Source of the DNA: Podarcis filfolensis
Lineage: Eukaryota
Length of the DNA: 64,000 nucleotides
NCBI GenBank assembly: GCA_964270895.1
Contig: OZ185450.1
Direction: 5' to 3' (one strand)
Every line of letters starts with the position of its first letter. Within the stretch, counting starts at the first letter, position 1. The position numbers and the translations under genes were made by a program. The notes below the pieces were generated by a model, which was not told the DNA's origin, made no database searches, and saw only the letters and a list, made by a program, of their open reading frames with translations. Of this stretch, positions 25,366-36,283 are shown piece after piece.

Positions 25366-28137
25366 CACTTAATTCAGCAGCTAGTAGCTTCACTTTTTTT
25401 CAGGGTAAGTAGGGTTTAAAATTTTTTTAATGGAAAATTCCATTTTGCATTGGAAAATCCAGAACGTGTTTGTTACATGTTGAATGCTCAAGGCAGTGAG
25501 GTAAGTATTCACGTTCTACAAATGTGTATTTCCTCTCTCTCTCTCTTCTGCATTTATTCAGCAGATAAGATTTTGTTTTCCTTTATTGCTAGGAGATAGT
25601 TCTTTAATGTTCAGGCCAGATTATTTTATTATATTTATATATTGTAGTATTTTCATATTTTACACACACACCACAATTCTCCCACTCCAGTCACAAAAGG
25701 CTCCTAAAACTGAAATTAGAGCACCATTTCCTCTTTAAACAAAATTTATATACTGACTGATGGAGGGAGAACCCTCTAAGTAGTTTACAACATTATAAAA
25801 CATTAAAACAATTAAAAACAGTTCTGAAAAATAATCAAAAGGTGATAAAAACCAGTTGTGGCTGAAAAGAAAACGCATGTAACTTCTACACGTCGGGATA
25901 GCGTTGGCTAAACAAACATGTTTTAAACATTGCATACAGCACTGGAGTTTTGGTACACATGATAGAACACTGTCCATAGCCCCAGTCCCTGAAAAATCCA
26001 AGCAAGAGCCCAAGTGGTATAGTTCGCTGTGCGAACCCAGTCTAAATCCCTGCTCAGCAGCAGAAGCTACTTGGGGTAACGTGCTTACTGTGCTGTGGAA
26101 ATAAGGGGCGGTGTGGGAGAGGGCCATGTATTGTCACACTTCCCTTCCTTGGAGGGAAGAGGGAGGTTAAAAAAAATTGCAGCTCCACAAGCTCTAGCTG
26201 AGTGTACAAGGAGCAGAACCAGACGACGCTGTGGCTTAGGTACTGGGTCCCAAACCTGGGGCCTGAACCTGTTTCAGAAGTCGTTTAAAAGACACATAAA
26301 TGTCAAAGACTAGCCCACGTACTTGGAGATACTTACAAAACCCGAGAATATTGCAGCCTTCTAGCTTTTTGTTTCCTCAAAGACAAAGTACTGGTGTCAG
26401 GGGCTCGGTGAACAAGTGGGGAACACTAAGCAGGACTGGACACTACTGATATCTCCATGCAACACCTGGTTATAAGTAAAGTTATAACTCTTATCCCACC
26501 CCTGCCCCCAGCAAAAGAAGTAGTCGTGGTGTCTGGAAAATGTCAGCTTTTCAGCAGAAGCCTATTTGCCTAATATAACTCCAGTAGTACACTCCAAAGC
26601 TAAGCCATCCTGCATGAATGGAACATGTTTTGCTTAATAATTTGTGCCAGAGTTGGTAAAACATTAGTCTCTGTTGCTTGTATGTGTCTCTGTAGCACTT
26701 GTGGTTACTGCTGATGGTAATCCTGCAACTGATGATTTCCAAAGAATCTTGGTGTTGCCAGCTGAAAACTAAACATGCAGCTTTTGATGTATGTATATGA
26801 GAACTAGCTGTTTTTGGTAACTAGGCTTCTGCTTGTCTGTGTTGGCAGATATGCCCCTCACCCCAGTGGTTGAACTTTGCACTTGGCTTTATTAAATGTT
26901 GAGTTAGTCCCCTTTCAAGATTCCCTCAAACACTCCGTTGGGTATGGGGTGGTCATTGTGGGTACAGCCTTAACGGGACACTTCATATCTCTAATTTTGG
27001 GTTTGGGGGTTGCTTTTCAGTTATGCAGTCAGTGAGAAACTTATTGGGCAGTAAGCCTTCCAAATGCAGGGATATCTTAGCTGAGTTGTGTGGCCTGTAC
27101 AAAAAAGCAATCCCACCCATTTGCACATTGTAGAGGACTACTGCATGTGCCATATAAATGCTTGTGTCTTTTGCCTGTAATGAAAGTTTTACTGCAGGCA
27201 GATTTCCTCTCTGCAGCTGGCATGTTATTGCCACTGACGGTTTGAGTTGCCAAACTACCATTTTGGCACAGTATATTGTACTGCTACTCCCACTTACTAT
27301 TGATGCTTTTGGGATGCTTAATTTTAGTAGCTGCTGAGGGGAAAAGAAACCCTACTAAGTATTGTAGCTGAGTTGGTTTGACAACTAAGGTTATAGTGTT
27401 CTTGGTTTCAGCAAGTGAGCCCTGAAGCCCTGATACTTCAGCTCCCATTGCTCTTGCTGTAAATAAGTAAGATGCTTTTAATTGGGCAACAACCTGCTCA
27501 AAGTATACAAATTTGTAAGTTTCACAGAAATATTTAATGAAATAATGGGATGTAGCACCTAAAGGACACTGATGTAAAGAACAGACTCTCCTACACACTC
27601 AGTTGGTAGATGGAGCAATCTTTTTGAGTGAGCTGTTCCTGTCAGAAGTGGCTAAAAACGTGTGGCTGAACACAACTTTGCTGAAAACACAGGTTTTTCA
27701 GTGATGCGTCTTTTGTAACTTGAACATTCTGATGTATTTCATCAGGGCAATGCTGCCAACTTGATGTGCCCCTCAACATGTTTGTTTTTTAAATGGGATT
27801 TGCAGAAGATCAAACCATAGTTTTTAATTTAGGAAATGGCAGTTAAAGTTCATTTGAATCTCTGTAAAATACTTAAGTACAGAAGATGCTCATTGTGTTA
27901 GTATTCTAGTTGTGTGCTCCCTGTAGGACTGGCCTCTGGAAAGCAACCCTAGAGCAAACCTAACTGGGGCTCTGAACAGCAGTTCAGATGCTGGTACTGA
28001 GAGTTCTCACATCAGCCTATCTTGGAAGCACTCGCTACAGAGAACTTTCTTTTTCGGTCTGCTGCAGCCTGTCATTTGATGATGCCATGAAGACTAGATC
28101 TAGTTTGGCTGATGGTTCTTTGTTCTTACCTTTGTAG

Positions 28138-28665
28138 GTCTCCAATTGAGGAACATGGCACTGTTTTTCCTGCACTCTATCCACCTAATGCTGGACTTCT
28201 GTTTATACCAAGTTGGCAGACACTGGCTGGAACTGGGCTGCAATAAAACATGCCAGTTATTAATGCTGACAAAGAGCCTAACAAGTGCCAACAAGGATTT
28301 GCGCATTTTGAAAACTAATGGAACTGCTTTAACCTTCAGGAAGAATTGTAAAGATGTGTACATAGCACAACATGATCCGGATAATATATACTGTTCATGT
28401 ACATCCACAAATACACATTGTACCAAATAATGCTGTCTTGTAGTTAGAATAAGAATCGTGTAAATTCTAAAGATTTTTAGCAGGTTTTCCATTTTTCTCT
28501 TCTTCCCCCCTCCCTGGTTTTCCCTATGAGTCTTTAAAATTTCTCGTGAAGCATGTCAGTCTAAAACAAATTAGGATTTAAAAATTCTGTTTTAACTTTT
28601 TCTTTTCAGCCATTGAAGATTCATTAAAATCTCTCACTTTAATAAAGTTTAATACCTTTGTAATG
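28138..28665 (+). other. UBE2G1: UBE2G1 terminal non-coding exon (3'UTR); 3' end uncertain, may extend further
   Basis: Acceptor ttcttacctttgtag|GTCTCCAATTGAG. Repeat-free AU-rich sequence that resembles my recollection of the mammalian UBE2G1 3'UTR start (needs alignment). Confidence 0.75.
28641..28646 (+). terminator. Candidate UBE2G1 polyadenylation signal
   Basis: AATAAA at 28641 preceded by ATTAAA near 28623; other AATAAA at 28242 and 28974. Usage cannot be determined from DNA. Confidence 0.4.
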
Positions 28666-31600
28666 CTGTCCCTTCCCCCTTACCTTTTTTTCAGATTACA
28701 TAAATACAACACAGATCTATTACTTGATTCTAATGATGACTTGAGCACTGTCATCAGGAGGTGCAGTTCCTTCCCTTGCATTATGACCCAGCTGTGCTCA
28801 TCTCTTGGCTTGGATGTAGCAATAAGATTTTACAGCTGTGGAGCACCCTTGAGCCTGTTATCTTTCCCAAAAGGGTTGAGAGCATTTGTTTTGGAAGTGG
28901 TCAGCTAAGTATGTTAGCCCAATATAGGATGAACTGCTTTCTTTTGATTTCTTGCCTGGTTTGAAGTTGGATAAATAAAAGCATGCAGAGCTGTAGGCTT
29001 TCAAGTGAGTTCTGGTTTTGCTATCAAATGCTATTTCCCTTTCCCTCTTCTTCCTCTTTCCCCCCTCTTTATATTTCTTTGCCTTTTGATCTCCTGCAGG
29101 TTTTCCTCACTTAATGTATAAAGACAAATTGCGATGTATATTTTCATGTAACTTGATTTTGGAATTCTGTCACCTTCTGTAGTGAGTTCTTCCAAAATAT
29201 AAATTTTTCCAATAGCTTGGTGTCAAGTTGGCTGTTATGCAGTATAAAAAATGAGAGCACATTTTCAGAGAGCATTAAGCATGAAGATGCTGGTAGCCGA
29301 TGGACAACAACTGCTTGAGACTTCATCAAAAGGTGACTCGTATTCTTGGAAACTGACTTCTAAGGAGTTCAGTGAACCTCCATGGAAAGTGACTGTAACC
29401 TGATAATGCAGAAGATAGAAAAAATGCATTGAATTTTGCTTTCGTTGAAATACTGAGTGGTTGTTCCTTTGGAAATTAACTGTTCACATAAGCCAAAGTT
29501 GGACAAGTATAATATTCAACTGTAGACTCAGGGTGTTTCCAGACCGGGGATTAATTTGCAAACAGGTTATAGACAGCCATGGTTATTTTATTTACCAGGT
29601 TTTTCCTGGGGAGAGTAAATGGGGGAAGGAAATGTGGGCTGGTATTTTGATGCTAACTTTGTGTGGACACTATAAAAAAAAAGCATGCCTGAAGAGCACT
29701 GATTCTGCAGTCAACACCCATCCAGCAGCACCCTTTGATATGGAGGAAGAATAAATAAAATGACCATACTGATAGGGAGGGGGGTGGCACCATTGCAGAG
29801 GCCCTTCTTAATGGCAAAACTCCTTGCAACAATGGCTTTATGTTCTGGGCCAGTGTAATCTCTCCTCATTTGAGGCATTTAATCTTGCAATGTTACATTC
29901 ACTGTAGGATTTACTTGTAGGCTTCTTTGGTCTTTTCGTTCTGCAGCAATTTGTTTCTGCTGTTTACAGCAGTGCTTCAAAGGAGTGGCTGGAGGCAAAT
30001 TGCTTGCTTTAATTCTGAATCCACAAAGGAATAGTAGCAGCCTCCCTATGGTATAATGTGGGGGCAGGTGGCACTTAGGCTGAGTTACATGACACGAACG
30101 AAAAAGTACACACAGGTCCCTAGTAGTGCTGCATCATGCATTTGCCCCTGCAGTTCTTGACAAAACATACTAACTGCCCTCATTTTACAGTGACAGTACA
30201 GCCTCTGATGCCATGTAAATATCCTTCTGGTAGAAGGAAACATTTGTTAACATAACAGAGGGACTGAGTTGAATGGGTCTTCTGTGGCTTTTTTGTTGAA
30301 CGCAGTTAATTGCATTGGGTTTGAATGGAGGGATCTATGTGCTTGTAAAGCAACCTTTAAGCAGAAGCACTTTTATAAGCAGTGGGCCAGACCTGCCTGC
30401 TTTCAGGGCTACCATTTCAAACAAAAGGAATTATGGGGAAGGGGGGGGGACATATGGTAGGTTTCAGAGAGGAAAATAGTGTACCAGTTATGAATGCCAG
30501 GGGAATCACCATTGGTACCTGCCAATTAGAAGAAATAACAATTAAATCCTGAAATAGAGGTAGGGAGTTCTTGCCTCTGGATTTTCTTTAAAAGCAGCAA
30601 TGTTTTGTCCTATTTGTCTGGGTACATGCAGCAGCATAAAGTTACTCTAAGCTGCTATGAATTAGAAATGGTACTTAATTAAGTGCTCTCTTTTTAGCCA
30701 GACAGATGTATTTGCTGCTTCTGAGCTGTTTAGTACCCAGACACAATAGCTGGATTTAGACAATTGCTCAAACAAGAACCAAAATTGTTTGGCTCCTGCT
30801 GAGGTGGGGGGAGGAGAGTCCTTGCCAGCCAGCTGGCTAGCATTTGTTCTCTTCTGCTTGCGTAAGACATTGGGGGGGGGGGGACGGTTGTCTTACATTT
30901 TGGCCATCTATTCCATAATTAAAATATGAAGGGAAATATCCCAGTGATTCTAGGGCAGCTATTGTGATCCAAAAGGCGGCCAGCTGGATGTGGAATAATA
31001 AGGTCTCCCAACTTGCGTCTACACAAAGCATTCACTTATTTGTCCCTTGAACACAAGCTGCACTGCAGTGATGGCAGTTTGAGAGGCAGGAGAATTTCTC
31101 TTGTCACCTTGGGTGAAGCAGGGCTGAGCAGAGAACCCAGCTGGATTGTGGGAAAGCTTTGACTTTTCCATTGGAAGTGGGCAGGGGAGGGGGGCTAGGA
31201 GAGAGCAGGCATCTAACTCTTTTGTCAGTTCTAAAGGATCCAGAATGGTTTGGGAGGGGTTGCTGGGGGATATTTCCCACTTCAGACAAATTAAACCACA
31301 TCTTTTTGAAGAAGCTGTCAAAACTTTTAAGGCTAAAATCTAATTGATCATTGTGTTATATGAAGTTACAACATTATTTTGTGCTTGCTTTTATAACAAG
31401 TTGTGTCCTGGCTACTGCTGGCATTAGACTTATTCTTTGGTTCTGAACATGTCTGCTTAAATCTGTGTTGTGGTTGATTGCAAGTGCTTACACTGTTACA
31501 CCATTTAAAGGACTACTGTGGAAGAGTTCCTGTTATTGGTTGGTTGGTGACCAAGAAGAAAATGCTAATGCAGCAGTTTGACACCACACACACACACACA

Positions 31601-32041
31601 CACTTTGAGACAGATGGATGCCAGCAAGGTGACAACTGCATGCTTTTTTCTTTTGTTGGAAATAAGCTTGGTTTCTTTTTTCCAAGCTCACCCCTAGAAC
31701 AGTTATTCAGAAATGGGAATGTCTCTCCTATTCTTCCTTCAGGGCCTGATAGATGGCTGTTAAGAGTGCAGTTCTTGGGATATTAACCAGCTTGTTTAAA
31801 AGGTTTATCTTGCCTTGTGGAGGTTTACAGGTCACTGCACAAACTGCAGGAAAGACTGACCTGTCTCTGTTAAGAAGGGTATATTGGTGGGCATAGGAGG
31901 CAAGATGTCAGCTGGATCCAAGGTTCAGTAAAAACATCTCTTCCAGTCCTGACTTTTTTAATTCATTTGTATCTTGTCTTTCAGGAAGATATTTCCATTG
32001 CTTATCTTACTAAAAGTGTGAATAGTAAAAAGAAGCTTGAA

Positions 32042-32229
32042 GGGTTTTAGCTCAGTGGGAGAGCATCTGCTTTGCACGCAGAAAATGCTAGGTTCAATTC
32101 CTGGCATCGCCAGGTAAGGCTAGGAAAAACTCCCGTGTCTCTGAAACACAGGAGAGCCAATCAGTGTGAACAATACTGAGCAAATGGACCATTAAATCGG
32201 CTTGGTATAAGGCAGCTTCCTGAGTTCTT
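32042..32229 (+). mobile_element. tRNA-derived SINE (Squam3-like), near full length
   Basis: tagctcagtgggagagcatctgctttgcacgcag...ggttcaattcctggcatc head; 3' end ...gtataaggcagcttcct. Confidence 0.75.
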
Positions 32230-32731
32230 AGGAATGTCATAGACCACTTCAATTTATAATTTTAAAAGCAGTACCTAAGTACGCATGCAGACCATAGGGA
32301 TTATGATTTTGAGTATTGCACTACAAGAAAATGTCTTCAGCGTATCTAAAGACCTGTCAGATTTCCTCAGGGAGTGACACCACTGAAAAGCCCTATCCCT
32401 TGTATCTGTAAATTTAATTTTGGTGTCAGATATCTGGTCCTCCACAGGCAATCATGGGGCCAGTTCACATCAGTGTAAAAGTGGTGGAGAATGTGTGGTT
32501 GTCCGGATATTGGACCTCGGTTCCCATCATTCATGACAATGGGCCAGAGTAGTTCAGGCAGGATGTAAATAATTTTTTGTACTCTGACTTTAGGGTAAAC
32601 ATGGCACATTTCATTCTCTGTTTTGCATTGGATGTAGCTGGGGTACACAGCAAACTTCTGGGAGAAGCTTTTTCATCACTGGCTACTATGGAAGTATGTG
32701 CAGGAATTATTCTACTGTACTGAAATACTAA

Positions 32732-32903
32732 CGGCGTTCCGTGTGCTGCTCTGGTGCCGGTTCGCCGGAGCAGCTTCGTCACGCTGGCCACGTGACCCAG
32801 AAGTGTCTGCGGACAGCACTGGCTCCCGGCCTCTAGAGTGAGATGAGCGCACAACCCTAGAGTCTGTCAAGACTGGCCCGTACAGGCAGGGGTACCTTTA
32901 CCT
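32732..32903 (+). mobile_element. 5'-truncated Sauria-type SINE (divergent subfamily)
   Basis: Aligns by eye to the 3' half of the 35351 copy; (CCTTTA)n tail; 14-bp direct repeat TACTGAAATACTAA at 32718 and 32904. Confidence 0.8.
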
Positions 32904-32919
32904 TACTGAAATACTAAAA

Positions 32920-33420
32920 TGTGAATACATGCTCTGGCGGATTGAACAAACGAGACCAATAGTGGGTCCAATGGTAAAGAAGGCTGTTTCTGCATGTGCT
33001 GTAGAAGAAAGTGAGGGGCAGATGAGGCTTGTCAACCTGGGAAGGTAACCCATCTAGGAGAAGGAAAACTGATCCTAAACTTCTACTGTCTTGCACATCT
33101 TCAGAAGAAAAGGCTAAGGAATAAACCCTGCAGAAATCCAGAGTGGACTTCCTAACACGATTGAATGTTGCTTTGTATGCCTCCTTCTGGCAACTCCTGC
33201 CAAGTTGGTGCCAAAACATATTGCTCTGCTTTCCTTTGGACCACATCAGTGAAGCCGAGAGGTGGGGTTTGTCATCTGGGCAACCCAGGACCTCTGTTCG
33301 CACTGCCCTGGCTGCATCCCAGGGAGGTTACTTCGGTGCTGGTAACACAGCGGTTTGACCTCCAAAGGCACACTCCATCTGTCTGTCTCTTGAGTCAGAC
33401 AGATGTCAACAGCAACTACT
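32920..33420 (+). mobile_element. Probable RTE-related interspersed repeat
   Basis: Contains cccatctaggagaaggaaaact...taaac and ends in a caacagcaactact-type tail; recognised from memory only. Confidence 0.35.
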
Positions 33421-34088
33421 AATGGAATTCAATGGGATACTACAAAGAATGTAGTATTCCTTCTTCCCAATCTGGAAAATATTAGGATTGGATAGCATAT
33501 TAAAGATCTAGACAACTCTTGGCACAATCAAAACAAATTTTAGGTAGTCATGTTGGCCACTAGGAAAAATGAAAATGCAGTAGCAGCATCATACTTCCTG
33601 TGAGGACTAATAATCCTCACAGTTCACTGAAACTCTGAACTTGGGTTTGCTCCTTTTCAATCTTACTTTGGTCCTAATGTAAAGTTCTACTGTAGTGTTG
33701 CTTTTGGATTTTGGCAAATGCCACAGAGGCCCAAGTCTGTAATAAGAGACATAATTAGTAGTGTAGTCTGTATGCCTACACAGGAGTAAGCTCCATTGAG
33801 TTCGGTGGGACTTATTCTCAGGTACATAAAAGGATTGCAGTGTTTATCAGAAACCCTTTTTCTTCCAGATTTTGTACTACTACAAAGGAGTGGAGATAAA
33901 TGTTTTAACACTTAATTGTTCTAATTTTTATTTTTCTCCATCGCTATTCCTGTTATTGGCACACAACTTACAAGTTTACAGAAAAGATTTTCTCTCTCCC
34001 CCCCCCCCCCCGTACAGGACAGGGAGAAGCAGAATTTAATTTTTACACACACAAAAACAACATGTAAAGACTTGGTCTATATGCAAAT

Positions 34089-34384
34089 TTTATTATTCTG
34101 TTTCTAAAACCAATCCAAAGTTACTTAAAAAACGGAGGTCAACAGCACACAACATTAACTCCACCAAGGATTCAGGGCTCCCTGCATGTCAGGTCTGTGG
34201 TGGCTTGAAGACTCCTCCTTGCAGGGCTTCTCTTCTCTCACATCACTCCCAGGTTCATCTGCTTTCTGTCGCTCGGGGCCTTTCTTTGGGAGTATCTACC
34301 TTCTTGTGCTTCTCACTGTGGATTATTCTCTGTTCTTTCCTGTCCCTGTCTGTGGCTGTCTGGAGACCTAACTCTCGCATGCTC
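34089..34384 (-). pseudogene. RBMX2: Disabled 3' coding tail and 3'UTR of the RBMX2 retrocopy
   Basis: After the TAG (34387-34385) the frame continues EHARVRSPDSHRQGQERTENNPQ to a second in-frame stop TGA (34315-34313) in R/S/E-rich sequence. Minus-strand AATAAA at 34094-34089. Confidence 0.6.
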
Positions 34385-35074
34385 CTACTTAGACTCCCGT
34401 TCATGTTGTGCCCAGCTTGCATGTTTGTGCCCAGATGTGCTACTCCAGATCTGCTGACTCGCATTGGCATTCCATTCATACCTTGGGTCTTCCTTCTCCA
34501 CTTTGATCTTGGTTTTAGGAGGCGAGTCTGCAAGCTGTTCCTCTTTCACCCGTTTTTGGTGCTCTCTTTTCTCTTTCTTCTCCTTGCTTTTCTCTTTTTT
34601 GTGTTTCTTTACCACCACCTCACTGTCTTTGGGGGACTCTGGTGAACTTGGAGGTGTTTTAGCACCACATCCTCTTTCTCGGAGCGCTTTTGTCACATCA
34701 TCAATATCCTCGGAGTCTTTCGGTGGGCGGTAGTTAGCCACATGGTCCACACGAATTGTCCTTCCTTTAATCTTTATTCCATTAAAATTATCAACCACAA
34801 GAATGGTGCTTCTCTGATCTTCATAGCAAATGAAACAGAAGCCTTTGGATTTCCCTGTCTTCTTATCACGCACCAGATTTATGTTCACAATTTCCCCATA
34901 CTGTGAAAACACACAAACAATGTCGCCTTCCGTCAGCTCATAGGGAAGACCACCCACAAACACCCAAGCACTGTCACTGTACTCTGCATGCCAGGAGACC
35001 TTATCTTGTACACCAAGCTGTGCCTCACGCTCATTCAGCTCATTGATCAGCTTCACTTTGGTTAGTGGATTCAT
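34385..35074 (-). CDS. RBMX2: Intronless RBMX2 retrocopy ORF (229 aa; intact RRM, truncated tail)
   Basis: MNPLTKVKLINELNEREAQLGVQDKVSWHAEY...GGLPYELTEGDIVCVFSQYGEIVNINLVRDKKTGKSKGFCFICYEDQRSTILVVDNFNGIKIKGRTIRVDHV is unmistakably RBMX2 (Snu17/Ist3 family). It is continuous, without the introns of the vertebrate parent gene. Whether it is expressed is unknown. Confidence 0.9.
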   Translation of the reverse strand: MNPLTKVKLINELNEREAQLGVQDKVSWHAEYSDSAWVFVGGLPYELTEGDIVCVFSQYGEIVNINLVRDKKTGKSKGFCFICYEDQRSTILVVDNFNGIKIKGRTIRVDHVANYRPPKDSEDIDDVTKALRERGCGAKTPPSSPESPKDSEVVVKKHKKEKSKEKKEKREHQKRVKEEQLADSPPKTKIKVEKEDPRYEWNANASQQIWSSTSGHKHASWAQHERESK

Positions 35075-35350
35075 GCTGGTTCTCTTCGTCTATTGTGTGC
35101 AAAAAAAGAAAAAGAAAAGAAAAAATATTTTTAAAACACTCATAAAAATTTACTGACCTTTCAAAAGCCCCGTTAGGTAGCAAATGCATTTACACTTCTG
35201 TTATGGCAGCGGAGTGGCCATGTGTTCTAATTTACAGAAGGCAGCCTTCTCTTTTCTCTCTTTTATTATTACTTATTGCACACCCCTCAACCTAAGGTCC
35301 CTGGGTAGATTGCAACACAATACTGTATTAATATTAAAGCACAATATTTA

Positions 35351-35693
35351 GGATGCGGGTGGCGCTGTGGGTTAAACCACAGAGCCTAGGGCTTGCCGAT
35401 CAGAAGGTAAGCAGTTCGAATCCCCGTGACGGGGTGAGCTCCCATTGCTCCGTCCCTGCTCCTGCCAACCTAGCAGTTTGAAAGCACGTCAAAGTGCAAG
35501 TAGATAAATAGGTACCACTCCGGCGGGAACATAAACGTGCGCTGCTCTGGTTCACCAGAAGTGGCTTAGTCATGCTGGCCACATGACCCGGAAGCTGTAT
35601 GCCGGCTCCCTCGGCCAATAAAGCGAGATGAGCGCCACAACTCCAGAGTCGATCACGACTGGACCTAACGGTCAGGGGTCCCTTTACCTTTTT
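35351..35693 (+). mobile_element. Full-length Sauria SINE
   Basis: tRNA-like head ggtggcgctgtgggttaaacc...ggttcgaatccc, (CCTTTA) tail, 10-bp TSD ACAATATTTA. Confidence 0.9.
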
Positions 35694-35714
35694 ACAATAT
35701 TTAAAACAGATTGA

Positions 35715-35880
35715 AGTATCGGACTACAGCCTGGAAGGCCACAGTTCAAATCCTAGCTCAGCTAGGAAGCTCAACCTGAGTGGCTTTGGGCCAGTCCCTG
35801 CCTCTCGGCCTACCTCACAGGGTTGGTGTGTTGAGGTTAAAAATGAGGGCGCGGGAGGACCACGTACGCCACCCTTGAGT
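35715..35880 (+). mobile_element. MIR-like CORE-type SINE remnant
   Basis: gttcaaatcc...ttgggccagtc...cctacctcacaggg core; related copies at about 36610-36760, 51300-51520 (-) and 59355-59531. Confidence 0.6.
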
Positions 35881-36236
35881 ACATAAAATAAAAATATGCT
35901 CAGAGAGGCACTTTGGCCATGGCCTCGCTTTTAAAAGCAAGACAAAACTTCCTCTCCAGTCAGAGGTGGTGGTACTCTGCACGTGCTCAGAGGCACATCG
36001 CCCTCGGGGCGGGAAAGGAAGACCTCGGAGAAGAACGCGCGGTGTAGAACTGTTCCTTCGAAACCCGAATTCGGTCCTCCTGCAGCTTCTTCCCAGCGGC
36101 CATAACTTCAGCCCAGTCAGGAAGGCTGTGCCGCTACTGCGCGCGCGCGCGCACCGCCTCCTTTTCTCTCCTCCCCCCTCCCTCCCCGACCCACCCCGCT
36201 CTATCTCGCCCCTCCGCCTCCCGCTCTCACCTCAGG

Positions 36237-36246
36237 TCTCGCGAGA
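36237..36246. promoter_or_regulatory. Palindromic CGCG element TCTCGCGAGA (BANP/ZBTB33-type motif)
   Basis: Exact match TCTCGCGAGA ending 28 nt upstream of the ANKFY1 ATG. Confidence 0.75.
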
Positions 36247-36273
36247 GCTCCGAGGCAGCGGCCCAGGGCCAAC

Positions 36274-36283
36274 ATGGCGGAAG
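36274..36283 (+). CDS. ANKFY1: ANKFY1 (Rabankyrin-5) exon 1 coding part
   Basis: gccaacATGGCGGAAG|gtatgc, strong Kozak context; joins exon 2 to give MAEEEVAKLEKH. Confidence 0.9.

Noticed and set aside
32042-32115. tRNA-like sequences (also at 1629, 9735, 35351 and 46876)
   Set aside because: They are SINE heads: degenerate cloverleaf, and each continues into a SINE body or tail.
33900-34090. Poly(A) tail and target-site duplication for the RBMX2 retrocopy
   Set aside because: Only short degenerate T-runs were found and no convincing direct repeat matching the 5' flank, so the exact 3' boundary is not claimed.
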